DNA of 64,000 nucleotides from Blastocatellia bacterium (GTDB lineage Bacteria; Acidobacteriota; Blastocatellia; UBA7656; JADIYM01): NCBI GenBank assembly GCA_044224215.1, contig JBGAKX010000002.1, positions 10,759 to 74,758 of the forward strand, read 5' to 3'. Shown piece by piece: positions 1 to 9,330 of this stretch (position 1 is its first letter; each line of letters starts with the position of its first letter). The notes under the pieces were generated by a model. It saw only the letters and a program-made list of their open reading frames with translations, ran no database searches and was not told where the DNA came from. The position numbers and the translations under genes were made by a program.

Positions 1-286
1 CGTTGATGTGGATCGGCGCGCTCGTGGCTCCGAGTTTGGTTCTGTGCTATTTCTGGATTCGAAGATGGACTCGTGCCCGGACCGATACTCGCGCGACGCC
101 CCGAACCGACCAAACAAATGCCGGCGCCACGACAAGGATCGACTTTGAGGATGGGGCGCCGACGGTCCGACCGCTCGCGACAGCCAGGGACGTCGTCGAC
201 ATCTCCGCGGCGCAAGTGGTGTCGGAAACGGACGTAACAAAGCGGCTTCCCGACGATAGAGAACATCAGGACGGGCCGAACTAGCG

Positions 287-368
287 CGTGAACCGGAGCG
301 AGCGCAGTTGGCGCTCGTCGTGCTATCTTCAGGCCGTCGCGTGCCCGGTTAGTCTGCGCGTTGGGCGC
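287..368 (+). repeat. attC-like imperfect palindromic repeat (family member)
   Basis: GAACCGGAGCGAGCGCAG...TTCAGGCC...CCCGGTTAGTCTGCGCGTTGGGCGCC. It shares boxes and the terminal GCGCGTTGGG (GTTRRRY core) with the repeats at 4566, 6983, 13055 and elsewhere. It lies between a stop at 284 and the next + ORF. Confidence 0.55.
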
Positions 369-459
369 CTTTCGCTTCGTCGCGCAACTACGTCTCACAC
401 GACTTATGCCGGGTACCTCGGAGTCTCGTGCGAATCATTGCCTGAGGTCGTCAGCGACT

Positions 460-900
460 ATGAGAGCCCTTTTCTCGCTCACATTCGCCGTCCTAGTTCT
501 CGTTCCGTCCGTCAGCAATGGCGGGTGCATCAAGCCCGTTCTGCACCTTTCATCGGAAGTCAAAGTGAACAGTTGGGAATGGGAAGCTGCGTTTTTGGAC
601 GATCTGACTGTTCGGCTACAATCAAATCCGGAGCTTCGGGCGGACGTCATCATCTACGGTGCGCAAACCTGTCATCGAAATGAAGTAGCCGCACGATCGC
701 GGCTCTACAATGGCTATCTCGTCCGGTCCGGTCGATTGCGCAGCGATCAAGTTTCGATTCGCATCGGCGGGTACCGCGCGAACTCAACTGTCGAGATCTG
801 GCTAACAACCGCGGCATCGTGTCCGGCTCCTGCTACACCAACAGTCTCGTCGCGTGATGTCGTGTATCTGCCTGGCCGGTATGTACTATCCACTCTCTGA
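460..900 (+). CDS. small secreted hypothetical protein (signal peptide MRALFSLTFAVLVLVPSVSNG)
   Basis: Internal ATG at 460 of ORF 361-900. The hydrophobic N-terminus is typical of a Sec signal peptide. It lies just downstream of an attC-like repeat. Confidence 0.45.
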   Translation: MRALFSLTFAVLVLVPSVSNGGCIKPVLHLSSEVKVNSWEWEAAFLDDLTVRLQSNPELRADVIIYGAQTCHRNEVAARSRLYNGYLVRSGRLRSDQVSIRIGGYRANSTVEIWLTTAASCPAPATPTVSSRDVVYLPGRYVLSTL

Positions 901-934
901 TTCGCAGGATGGTTCCACCCCGGCGCCCAACTCG

Positions 935-1022
935 CGGTTTGAACCCGTGCGTGCGCACGCGAGCTTGCACGTGCTACCCTCACGCCGTCGCGCGCGCCCT
1001 CTGACTCAGCGCGTAGTGCGCC
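935..1022 (+). repeat. attC-like repeat, diverged copy
   Basis: GTGCGTGCGCACGCGAGC...CGTCGCGCGCGCCCTCTGACTCAGCGCG resembles the right half of the repeats at 14346 and 19795. Confidence 0.35.
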
Positions 1023-1045
1023 ATCGGTTTCACTGAGGATTCCGC

Positions 1046-1513
1046 GTGTCACATCCTCCAGAGTCTGTGGCTCGGTTTCTCTCGGGGCGGCGATTCGTCG
1101 TCGCTGGAGTGTCCCGCTCTCCTGAGCAGCCCGCCAACGCCGTATTCCGAAAGCTCCGCTCGTGTGGGTTCGAGGCAGTTCCAGTCAATCCGAACGCGCG
1201 CGAACTCGAAGGAGTTCCGTGTTACGCAGCCATCACGTCCGTTCCTGGCACGGTCGATGGCATTATCATCGCGACACATCCTTCGGCTTCGGCCGAGATT
1301 GTGCGGCAGGCTCACGCACGGGGCATCAGGCAGGTCTGGTTTCACCGGTCATTTGGGGAGGGCAGCGTCTCAAACGACGCGGTGGCACTGTGCAAGGAAC
1401 TTGGGGTTGACGCAATTGTTGGTGGCTGCCCATTGATGTACTGCCAGCCGATCGACGTTGGCCACCGCTGTATGCGATGGTTGCTTCGTCTGCAGGGTCG
1501 GGTACCCACGTGA
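1046..1513 (+). CDS. CoA-binding domain protein (YccU/CoA_binding_2-like)
   Basis: RFVVAGVSRSPEQPANAVFRKL...VPVNP...GIRQVWF is the typical CoA-binding Rossmann signature. Confidence 0.65.
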   Translation: MSHPPESVARFLSGRRFVVAGVSRSPEQPANAVFRKLRSCGFEAVPVNPNARELEGVPCYAAITSVPGTVDGIIIATHPSASAEIVRQAHARGIRQVWFHRSFGEGSVSNDAVALCKELGVDAIVGGCPLMYCQPIDVGHRCMRWLLRLQGRVPT

Positions 1514-1600
1514 GGCAGGGCAGCCCATCACGCAAGGCTCGCTCTGCCGAAAGCGATCTGAATGATTGCGGTTATGAACGAGGCGCACAACTATCGCGTG

Positions 1601-1679
1601 CAACGGAGCGCGCTCAGCGGAGATGAGATACTACCCTTGAGACCGTCGCGCACGCCCGGTGAGTTTGCGAGTTGGGCAG
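1601..1679 (+). repeat. attC-like repeat
   Basis: CAACGGAGCGCGCTCAGCGG...GTCGCGCACGCCCGGTGAGTTTGCGAGTTGGGCAG. The boxes match the repeats at 9751 and 4566 and it ends with a GTTGGGC core. Confidence 0.5.
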
Positions 1680-1756
1680 ACAGTACCCACGCGTACCTCG
1701 GAGTGGGTACGCTATCTTCGGTTACCATCGCCTCCCCGAAAGAAGGAGCATCTCCG

Positions 1757-2218
1757 ATGACCAAGGTGACACCCTTTCTGATGTTCAACGATCAGCTCGA
1801 GGCGGCCGTGGAGTTTTACACCGCCACGTTTCCGGACTCCCAAATCAGGAACGTCGCCCGCACTGGCGAGGACGGTCCGATCGCCTCCGCCGAGTTCGTC
1901 GTCGGTGGTCAGGTCTTCATGGGCTACAACGGGGGCGCGTACTTCACTTTCTCCGAAGGCTTCTCCCTCTACGTTGACTGCGAGGACCAAGCGGAAGTCG
2001 ACGAGTATTGGGACAAGCTCGTTAATGCCGGCGCGACGCCTACCGCGTGCGGTTGGATCAAGGATCCGTTCGGGCTCTCGTGGCAGATTGTGCCACGACG
2101 ATTCATGGAGCTAATCCGCGACGAGGACCCCAAGAAAGTGAAGGCCGTGATGGACGCCATGATGACGATGGTGAAGCTCGACGTGGCGGCCCTTGAGAGA
2201 GCCTACAATGAGGCGTAG
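1757..2218 (+). CDS. VOC superfamily protein, PhnB-like (3-demethylubiquinone-9 3-methyltransferase domain fold)
   Basis: MTKVTPFLMFNDQLEAAVEFY...GWIKDPFGLSWQIV. An AAGGAG RBS lies 8 nt upstream of the ATG at 1757. Confidence 0.75.
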   Translation: MTKVTPFLMFNDQLEAAVEFYTATFPDSQIRNVARTGEDGPIASAEFVVGGQVFMGYNGGAYFTFSEGFSLYVDCEDQAEVDEYWDKLVNAGATPTACGWIKDPFGLSWQIVPRRFMELIRDEDPKKVKAVMDAMMTMVKLDVAALERAYNEA

Positions 2219-2494
2219 CAGTGTGAAATGCCTGCGCCTTAAGCTCCTGGAAGTGCTGCCCAACTTCAGCATGCAGCGGACGGCGCTGCGCGCCGCCGCA
2301 GATGCTGCGCGTTCGGCGGACCGAAGCACGATTTCATTTCACGTAGCCCCGGCCAGCACGCGAGCCAGGCCGGCCGGGGAGAGCAGCGCGCCGAGGTCAG
2401 CCGTGAGGACCGATTGCCCACTCGCTGATGCTGTGCCACGAGGGATCGAGGTCGAGACCAATGAGCCAGGCGGCCGACCTCAAAGTCGACGAGT

Positions 2495-3022
2495 TCACGC
2501 CCGTCCCTCGTTCGCGACCAGGCCGACGAGAAGCTCGTCCAGCTGCTCGAACTGCTCGGGCAGGGCACCCGTCGCGCCGGAGGCCATGGCCTCGTCGAGA
2601 GCTTCCTTCGAGGGATAGAGGTCGTGCACGACCAGCAGCGTCTGGCCGCCTCGTTCCTCGAACGTGACAGTGGTGACCTGCCCACTCTCGCCACCTTCTT
2701 CATTGGTCCAGACGAGGCGCGAGTGCGGCGTCACTTCGAGGTACGTGCCGAAGAACGCCATGCCCTCCGGGGCCGCAGGGTGGCTGAACACGAGACGGTA
2801 CCGGCCTCCGACACGCACATCCGCGTCGTAGGAGAGCAGGGTCAGGCCGAACGACTCCGGCACCCACCACCGCTGGAACAGCTCGGGCGTGGTCCACGCC
2901 TGGAACACGATGCGCGCCGGACCGTTGAACGTTCGCGTCGTAACGAGCTCACGCTCGGACTTCCGTTCCACCGTCGTGCGGTTCTTCATGGGGGTGGGCT
3001 CAATCTCTTTTCTTGCGTCCAT
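2495..3022 (-). CDS. SRPBCC superfamily, AHSA1-like (activator of Hsp90 ATPase homolog) protein
   Basis: ARIVFQAWTTPELFQRWW...RLVWTNEE fits the AHSA1 family. It is co-oriented with and overlaps the ArsR gene, a frequently seen pairing. Confidence 0.75.
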   Translation of the reverse strand: MDARKEIEPTPMKNRTTVERKSERELVTTRTFNGPARIVFQAWTTPELFQRWWVPESFGLTLLSYDADVRVGGRYRLVFSHPAAPEGMAFFGTYLEVTPHSRLVWTNEEGGESGQVTTVTFEERGGQTLLVVHDLYPSKEALDEAMASGATGALPEQFEQLDELLVGLVANEGRA

Positions 3023-3353
3023 CGGACTTCTCCTTCTGTTTCAGTTCTTCAACAACCTTGTCCAGCTCGTCGAATCGCGCGTCCCAGAGCTGGCAGTACT
3101 TCTCGAGCCAGGCCGTCTCTTCCTCCAATCGGCGCGGGCCGAGCTTGCAGGTCCGCACGCGCCCGAGCTTCTCCGTTGTGACGAGCCCGGACTGCTCCAG
3201 GACGCCGACGTGCTTCTTCATGCCCGTGAGGGTCATGTGGAACGTCTTGGCAAGGTCCGTGATCGAAGCGTCGGAACGTCCCAGCTGCTCAAGAACGCCG
3301 CGTCGGGTGGCATCCGAGAGCGCGGCGAACGAGGCATCGAGGCGGGCTCGCAT
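3000..3353 (-). CDS. ArsR/SmtB-family HTH transcriptional regulator
   Basis: FAALSDATRRGVLEQLGRSDASITDLAKTFHMTLTGMKKHVGVLEQSGLV is a winged HTH of the ArsR family. The start was chosen at the ATG abutting the operator palindrome. Alternative starts are at 3365 and 3401. Confidence 0.75.
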   Translation of the reverse strand: MRARLDASFAALSDATRRGVLEQLGRSDASITDLAKTFHMTLTGMKKHVGVLEQSGLVTTEKLGRVRTCKLGPRRLEEETAWLEKYCQLWDARFDELDKVVEELKQKEKSDGRKKRD

Positions 3354-3378
3354 ATACTGAACCATTTGGTTCAGTATA
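3353..3378. promoter_or_regulatory. candidate ArsR operator: perfect inverted repeat TATACTGAACC-attt-GGTTCAGTATA
   Basis: Arms of 11 bp are perfect and separated by a 4-bp spacer. The palindrome lies immediately at or over the ArsR translation start, as expected for autoregulation. Confidence 0.5.
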
Positions 3379-3769
3379 GCACCCGTGGATGCGGCATGCA
3401 ACGGGAGCCCAGCCGCGGGCTGCCTTTTCGACGGCGGTCATCCCCGAGGTCGCGCTTCTCTTCTCGGAGACGACAGTCGTGCGAGCAGCATCTCGACGCC
3501 AGCAATCGAAGATCCATCTCAGGATGGGAACCGGTGAGATGATGGGGGTGTCCCAAACCTGAGCACACGGATGAGCGAAATTGGCAAGAACCTCGACCCA
3601 GTCAGGATGCTACGGGTCGCGTCATGGCAGGGGCCGCGGACCTCGCGCGGGAGAGTTCAGCGCGATCTCGAGTCCGAGAATTTGCGGCCGCGTAACATGC
3701 GCATTCAGCGGCTTCCTGCGAGTTGTGCCGACACAATTGCGATATGAAGTCAGTCGATTTAGCTTACAA

Positions 3770-3785
3770 CCGATTGCGCAATCGG
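3770..3785. promoter_or_regulatory. perfect 16-bp palindrome CCGATTGCGCAATCGG upstream of the DHFR-like gene
   Basis: The palindrome is seen directly about 38 nt upstream of the ATG at 3823. Its function is unknown. Confidence 0.25.
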
Positions 3786-3822
3786 AACCGCGCGAATGTT
3801 CCGTGTAAGGAAAGGAAGAGGT

Positions 3823-4353
3823 ATGGCGAAACTCGTGTTCGGAATGAACCAGTCGCTGGACGGCTACGTCGACCATATGGCGTTTGGGCCAAGCCCCACG
3901 CTCTTCCGCCACTTCATCGAGGAGGCTCAGGGGCAGGCGGGCAGTGTGTACGGTCGCCATATGTATGAGGTCATGCGTTACTGGGACGACGATCATCCTG
4001 AATGGGATGGAGAGGAACACGCCTTCGCGGCGGCGTGGCGGAACCAGCCGAAATGGGTCGTCTCGCGCTCGTTACAGTCGGTCGGCCCCAACGCCAGGCT
4101 TGTTGGGGATGATCTTGAGGGCGCGATCCGCGAGCTGAAGGCCGAGCACGACGGGGAGATCGAAGTTGCCGGCCCGCACCTGGCGCAGAGCCTCACCGAA
4201 CTTGGCTTGATCGATGAGTATCGAATCTACCTGCACCCCGTCGTGCTTGGTCACGGCAAGCCATATTTCGCCGGACCCCGCCCGCGGCTCCGCCTTGTGA
4301 GTCATGATCGGATTGGCGAGGATGTGATCAGGTTGACCTACGTTTCTGCTTGA
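3823..4353 (+). CDS. dihydrofolate reductase-family protein (RibD C-terminal domain, YwjB-like)
   Basis: MAKLVFGMNQSLDGYVD...IDEYRIYLHPVVLGHGKPYF. An AGGAAGAGG RBS precedes the start. Confidence 0.75.
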   Translation: MAKLVFGMNQSLDGYVDHMAFGPSPTLFRHFIEEAQGQAGSVYGRHMYEVMRYWDDDHPEWDGEEHAFAAAWRNQPKWVVSRSLQSVGPNARLVGDDLEGAIRELKAEHDGEIEVAGPHLAQSLTELGLIDEYRIYLHPVVLGHGKPYFAGPRPRLRLVSHDRIGEDVIRLTYVSA

Positions 4354-4565
4354 TCTCGCGACTCGCCGGCTGGAAATCGCCGCTGAAGTCTGGCCTTGGG
4401 TTGGGCCCGGAGCGACGGGAACGGCCCGCTTTGGTGGCGAGCCGTGACGACATGGCGCGCGTATAAGGGGAAGCTATCCACCGATCCGGCTCCACTTCTC
4501 AACCGGGATGGCGCCGATTCCAATCCCCTTTACCCCGATAGCGCCGCCGAACGAGCGATTGAAGT

Positions 4566-4642
4566 GGAGCGCGCGCGGCGGGGCTTGATCGGTTATCCTT
4601 CAGCTGATTGCCCGAGCCCGGTGAATCTGCGCGTTGGGTGGC
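4566..4642 (+). repeat. attC-like repeat
   Basis: GGAGCGCGCGCGGCGGGGCTTGATCGGTTATCCTTCAGCTGATTGCCCGAGCCCGGTGAATCTGCGCGTTGGGTGGC contains all the conserved boxes and the terminal GTTGGGT core. Confidence 0.6.
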
Positions 4643-4686
4643 TACCGATTCGCAGTGACGAACAAGAGGAGATTAGGAGCAAAGCG

Positions 4687-5084
<398 letters not shown>

Positions 5085-5172
5085 CCGCAGACGCGGTGTA
5101 TGGGCCACGCACGAACGCTTGTCGTGCAGAGTGAACTGGAATGAGAATTCAGATATCTCGAAGGGAGTTGCC

Positions 5173-5658
5173 ATGAATGACCGAGAGGTTAGAATCCAAC
5201 CACCTCAGGCTTTTCTTATCCAGCTGCTGATCATTCTTGCTCAGTGGAAATTTGGAGCTTGGCTTCTGCCCGTATTTCGCAATCCACCTTCCGCGACGCC
5301 ACTGGGTTGGGTCTTGTTCTTTGCGTGCGTCGTACCATTCGTCGCCAGCAAGATCTGGATGGTCAAGTTCTTCGACAAACACCATGCAAGCCCCATGTTC
5401 AAACAGCACGCCAGGGAACTGATCACTGAGTTCCCCTTCTCGGTAGCACGCAATCCCTTCTACGTCCTGGATTTCCTGCCATATCTTGCGCTTACTCTGC
5501 TCTTCGGTGCACTTGATCCAATCCTCCTCCACTTCCCGTTCTTTTTTCTCTTTTTGAACTTCTACATCGTACCCGCCGAGGAGAGGCGCCTTCTCCTCGC
5601 CCATGACACGGACTACGAGGCCTACAAGTCCCGCGTTAAGCGGTGGGGCTTGTTTTGA
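5173..5658 (+). CDS. isoprenylcysteine carboxyl methyltransferase / phospholipid methyltransferase-like membrane enzyme
   Basis: ELITEFPFSVARNPFYVLDF...IVPAEERRLLLAHDTDYEAYKSRVKRW is the ICMT/PEMT C-terminal signature. An AAGGGAG RBS precedes it. GC is noticeably lower here than in the flanks. Confidence 0.7.
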   Translation: MNDREVRIQPPQAFLIQLLIILAQWKFGAWLLPVFRNPPSATPLGWVLFFACVVPFVASKIWMVKFFDKHHASPMFKQHARELITEFPFSVARNPFYVLDFLPYLALTLLFGALDPILLHFPFFFLFLNFYIVPAEERRLLLAHDTDYEAYKSRVKRWGLF

Positions 5659-6230
5659 TGAGGGCTGAATCAGCGGATCGGGCCGACCACTGGTGGGTCG
5701 TGAAGGAGGGTGAGAGAGTGAAGCAGTTCGTCCGGTTCTCAGGGCGGGTGATAATAGCTCATGTCGTTACATACGTCGGCGTTGGTGTGCTCGCGTATGC
5801 GTTTCTGACGCACCAGTTCTTCGAACCACAGGGGTTGGCTGCCCAGGTCATGCGCACCCCGGCGGACCCGCAGCTATGGAGTCACGTCACTCGGTGGATG
5901 CTGCCAGCGCAGGTTCTCCGCGGTCTGCTCATAGCTATCGTTCTCTTTCCATTTGTCCCGACTCTGTCCGGGTGGAATTACTGGAGACGTGTTGCGACGC
6001 TCGCCGGGCTCTACGTCGTGCTTGGGCAATGGGCAAGCACGGTCGCCGGATCGGGAACGATCGAAGGGTGGCTGATCTTGAGGCCGGAGTTCACGGAGCC
6101 TCGCATCGTGTTGGCAGCGATGGCCGAGGGGCTGATTCAAGGCATTGCCTTGGCGGCCTGGCTGGCGTGGTGGATGACGTCCGCGCCAACCGGAGCAGCG
6201 TCAGACGCAACGGCGCAGACAACGCGATGA
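5658..6230 (+). CDS. multi-pass membrane protein, unknown function
   Basis: Its ATG overlaps the TGA of the upstream gene as ATGA, suggesting translational coupling. There are several hydrophobic helices and GC3 is high. Confidence 0.5.
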   Translation: MRAESADRADHWWVVKEGERVKQFVRFSGRVIIAHVVTYVGVGVLAYAFLTHQFFEPQGLAAQVMRTPADPQLWSHVTRWMLPAQVLRGLLIAIVLFPFVPTLSGWNYWRRVATLAGLYVVLGQWASTVAGSGTIEGWLILRPEFTEPRIVLAAMAEGLIQGIALAAWLAWWMTSAPTGAASDATAQTTR

Positions 6231-6382
6231 AACCGACAAGTCTTTCGGCGGCATCCGGCCGCTCGGCTCACGACGCCGTCGGTGGCGATGCCGCCTCATG
6301 CCCGCCCGTTCGCGTCGTGCGTTCGGCTGCTGTAGGCCGGCAAGACACTTCCAAGACAGACTCGAGACAGAGGAGCGCGACG

Positions 6383-6847
6383 ATGAAGATGTTCATGTTG
6401 ATACTCCCGGTCGTGATCGGGATCGCAGCGGTGTTGGCGTTGGGGCAGAGCGCGAAACCGAATAGCGACCGGGAAAGGGAAATCAGGCAAATCGACCTGG
6501 CCGAGGCCGATGCCATCCTGCGCAATGATGCAGCAGCGGCAGAAGCGTTCTACGCGGACGATATTGTTGTTAACAATCCCCGTTATACAGTCACGAACGG
6601 CAAGCGGGCGCTCATGTCCTTGATCAAATCGGGTAGCATCCATTATTCGTCATTCGTCCGCGACATCGAGACTATTGCGTTCCAGGGTGACACGGCAATT
6701 GTGATGGGAAAGGAAACCGTCAAACCTGATGGTAAGGCTCCCGGTGCGGGGCAAACAATACTGCGGCGGTATACGAATGTCTGGATGAAAAGAGATGGCA
6801 AGTGGCTGCTCATAGCACGTCACGCGAATATTATCTGCAACAGTTAG
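6383..6847 (+). CDS. NTF2-like (SnoaL/DUF4440-type) protein with N-terminal signal/anchor
   Basis: The N-terminus is MKMFMLILPVVIGIAAVLALGQS. AEAFYADDIVVNNP...YTNVWMKRDGKWLLIARHANI is the NTF2-like part. A GAGGAG RBS precedes it. Confidence 0.65.
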   Translation: MKMFMLILPVVIGIAAVLALGQSAKPNSDREREIRQIDLAEADAILRNDAAAAEAFYADDIVVNNPRYTVTNGKRALMSLIKSGSIHYSSFVRDIETIAFQGDTAIVMGKETVKPDGKAPGAGQTILRRYTNVWMKRDGKWLLIARHANIICNS

Positions 6848-6982
6848 AGCATTCGCCGAAGGATTTCTGCTTGGCGGTGACGTCCGGCCGATCAAGGCAT
6901 TTCGAACTCTTTGGCTGCGACAGTGTCGGCCGAGCACTCTGGCAATGTGGGGTGAACGAGCTGGGCACCTAGCCAGTGAATG

Positions 6983-7060
6983 AACCGGAGCGCGCGCAAA
7001 CGAGCACGGTCGGCTATCCTTTGATTGCCCGCGCGCGCCCGGTTGATCTACGCTTTGGAC
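6983..7060 (+). repeat. attC-like repeat
   Basis: GAACCGGAGCGCGCGCAAACGAGCACGGTCGGCTATCCTTTGATTGCCCGCGCGCGCCCGGTTGATCTACGCTTTGGACC. Confidence 0.55.
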
Positions 7061-7077
7061 CGAAAGGTAGCCCCGCT

Positions 7078-8253
7078 GTGAACATTGTCATCAACGGCAT
7101 CGGCGTCGCCGGACCGGCTCTTGCCTACTGGCTTACCAAGTCAGGACACGAGGTTCTCCTCGTCGAGGAGGCGCCGCAGTTTCGTGGGGGAGGCTACATC
7201 ATCGATTTTTGGGGGATCGGCTACGACATCGCCGAGAGGATGGGCCTTATCAACCCCATCCGGCGCCTCGGCTATCAGGTACGCGAAGTGCGGCTCGTTG
7301 GTCGCGACGGGCTGAAGCGAGCTGGATTCGACGCTACGGTCTTTGGCCGGCTTACCCACGATCGGTTTACAAGCGTGCGCCGCTCCGACGTTTCGGCCGC
7401 GATATATCAAGCTATCGAGGGGAAAGTTCAGACGATCTTCGGCGATTCAGTGGCTGGCATCGACGAACACGACAAGGGCGTGCGCGTCGCCTTCGATCAT
7501 GCGCAGCCCCGCGACGCCGACCTGGTCATCGGCGCCGACGGTCTTCATTCGCGGGTCCGCCGCCTCGCATTCGGAGCAGATTCGGATTTCATCGTCTCGC
7601 TCGATTACCACGTCGCGGCCTTCGAGGTCGAAGGCTACCGCCCGCGCGATGAACTCGTTTACGTGAGCCACGCGCTGCCGGGGCGGCAGATTTCACGGTT
7701 CGCCATGCGCGATGACAAGACGCTCTTCCTCTTCATCTTTCGCAACGAACACATACACGCTGAAGAGCCGAAATCCATTCTACGGAATGCCTTTGCCAAT
7801 GCTGGCTGGGAGTGGCCGCAGATCGAAAAGGAACTCGAACGCACGAGCGATCTCTATTTCGACACCGTCAGCCAGGTTCAGATGGACCGATGGACGAAAG
7901 GACGGACGGCACTGGTCGGCGACGCGGCTGCCAGCGTCTCACTGATGGCCGGCGAAGGGACCGGACTGGCGATCGCCGAGGCATACATCCTCGCCGGCGA
8001 GCTTCACGCGTGCTCAGGAGATTTCGGCGCTGCCTTTGCCAGGTACGAGCAGCGGCTGATGCCATTTGTGAAAAGAAAGCAGGTATCGGCGGCGAAATTC
8101 GCTTCATCGTTCGCCCCGAAGACGTCCCTTGGAATCACCTTCCGGAATGTGGTGATGAACCTGATGCGAGTGCCATTCATCGCTGAGTCGTTCGTCGGCC
8201 GCGATCTGCGCGACGACATAGAGCTGCCGAACTACGAATTTGCAGGGTCGTGA
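7078..8253 (+). CDS. FAD-dependent monooxygenase (aromatic-ring hydroxylase / FAD_binding_3 family)
   Basis: The dinucleotide fold GIGVAGPALAYWL is present, along with GADGLHSRVR and the LVGDAAAS...GEGTGLAIAEA motif. A GTG start was chosen downstream of the repeat, so the start is uncertain. Confidence 0.75.
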   Translation: MNIVINGIGVAGPALAYWLTKSGHEVLLVEEAPQFRGGGYIIDFWGIGYDIAERMGLINPIRRLGYQVREVRLVGRDGLKRAGFDATVFGRLTHDRFTSVRRSDVSAAIYQAIEGKVQTIFGDSVAGIDEHDKGVRVAFDHAQPRDADLVIGADGLHSRVRRLAFGADSDFIVSLDYHVAAFEVEGYRPRDELVYVSHALPGRQISRFAMRDDKTLFLFIFRNEHIHAEEPKSILRNAFANAGWEWPQIEKELERTSDLYFDTVSQVQMDRWTKGRTALVGDAAASVSLMAGEGTGLAIAEAYILAGELHACSGDFGAAFARYEQRLMPFVKRKQVSAAKFASSFAPKTSLGITFRNVVMNLMRVPFIAESFVGRDLRDDIELPNYEFAGS

Positions 8254-8409
8254 TCACGCGTACGCATGAACGCAAGCTGCACAGCCTCCGACTCTCCGAC
8301 GCGGGTGCTCACTGGTATTGGTCGCACCATCCCCAAACCAAGGGGAAGGCTCCTGTTCGCACAGGAAGTCGCCGGTTTCAATGAACGCGACCGAGCAAAG
8401 GCGTGCGAC

Positions 8410-8484
8410 GGAGTGCGCGCACTGGGGTTGATCGGTTATCCCTCGGTTGGGCGCGCGCGCCCGTTGACGCGGAGCGTTTGGCGG
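8410..8484 (+). repeat. attC-like repeat
   Basis: GGAGTGCGCGCACTGGGGTTGATCGGTTATCCCTCGGTTGGGCGCGCGCGCCCGTTGACGCGGAGCGTTTGGCGGC. It contains the perfect palindrome GGGCGCGCGCGCCC. Confidence 0.6.
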
Positions 8485-8564
8485 CACCCGGCAGCTATCG
8501 ACACCTGGCGACGGATCGTCATGTTCGCCGACAACCGTCACCAACCGACACAGGAGAAGTGCCA

Positions 8565-9011
8565 ATGGCCACAGGTACGGTCCGACTACATCGAGTTCTG
8601 CGCACCAGACCCGAAAAGGTCTATCGCGCGTTCCTGGAGGCCGACGCGATGTCCAAGTGGCTTCCCCCCTTCGGATTCACGTGCAAGGTGCATCACATGG
8701 ATGCCAAAGTGGGAGGAACATTCAGGATGTCGTTTCACAACTTCTCAACGGGGCACGGGCATGCCTTTGGCGGCGAGTATAGGGAACTGAAGGCGAATGA
8801 ACTCATCCGATACACAGACACGTTCGACGATCCAAACCTGCCCGGCGAAATGACAGTCACCGTCACCTTCAAGCAGGTGTCTTGCGGCACGGAACTCAAC
8901 GTCGTCCAAGAGGGAATACCGGACGTCATCCCGGTCGAGTTATGTTACCTCGGCTGGCAGGAGTCACTTGTGCAGCTTGCGCAGTTGGTCGAACCGGACA
9001 TTCCGGAGTGA
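8565..9011 (+). CDS. SRPBCC superfamily, AHSA1-like protein
   Basis: MATGTVRLHRVLRTRPEKVYRAFLEADAMSKWLPP...TFKQVSCGTEL. Confidence 0.75.
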   Translation: MATGTVRLHRVLRTRPEKVYRAFLEADAMSKWLPPFGFTCKVHHMDAKVGGTFRMSFHNFSTGHGHAFGGEYRELKANELIRYTDTFDDPNLPGEMTVTVTFKQVSCGTELNVVQEGIPDVIPVELCYLGWQESLVQLAQLVEPDIPE

Positions 9012-9330
9012 CAAGCGGCCCCTGACACTTGGCTCAAGCCTCGAGGCGCTGGTTTGACGACGCCAGGAGTGTCGCCCATGTCCCCGGTCCTTTCCATAGA
9101 CCGTGCTTCCGGGTCGTAACGATGCGACGATCAGGACTCGTCACGGTTGCTCACTGAAGCCGGACGTAACCCTGCCCGGCTTGTGCACTTCCATCGTGAG
9201 AATGTACATCCGACTTCTGTCGGTCGATTGCTGCGCTGACGAGCCTTTCCATACACAGTTCGAGCGCGGTTCGTCTGGTCTCGAATTTGCTCTTGGAGAG
9301 TCGACTTCGATTGCGTGTGCGGGAGGGAAC

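Noticed and set aside
3-284. 93-aa + ORF at the window start
   Set aside because: It begins with TTG at the contig edge and has mixed codon bias and no recognisable domain. It may be the 3' end of an upstream gene, but that is unsupported.
5876-6382. Long N-terminal extension of ORF 5876-6847
   Set aside because: The extension is Arg/Ala-rich nonsense overlapping the upstream membrane gene. The real gene starts at 6383, with a GAGGAG RBS and a signal peptide.
6976-7077. N-terminal 34 codons of the monooxygenase ORF
   Set aside because: They overlap the attC-like repeat (6983-7060). The Rossmann fold begins right after the GTG at 7078.
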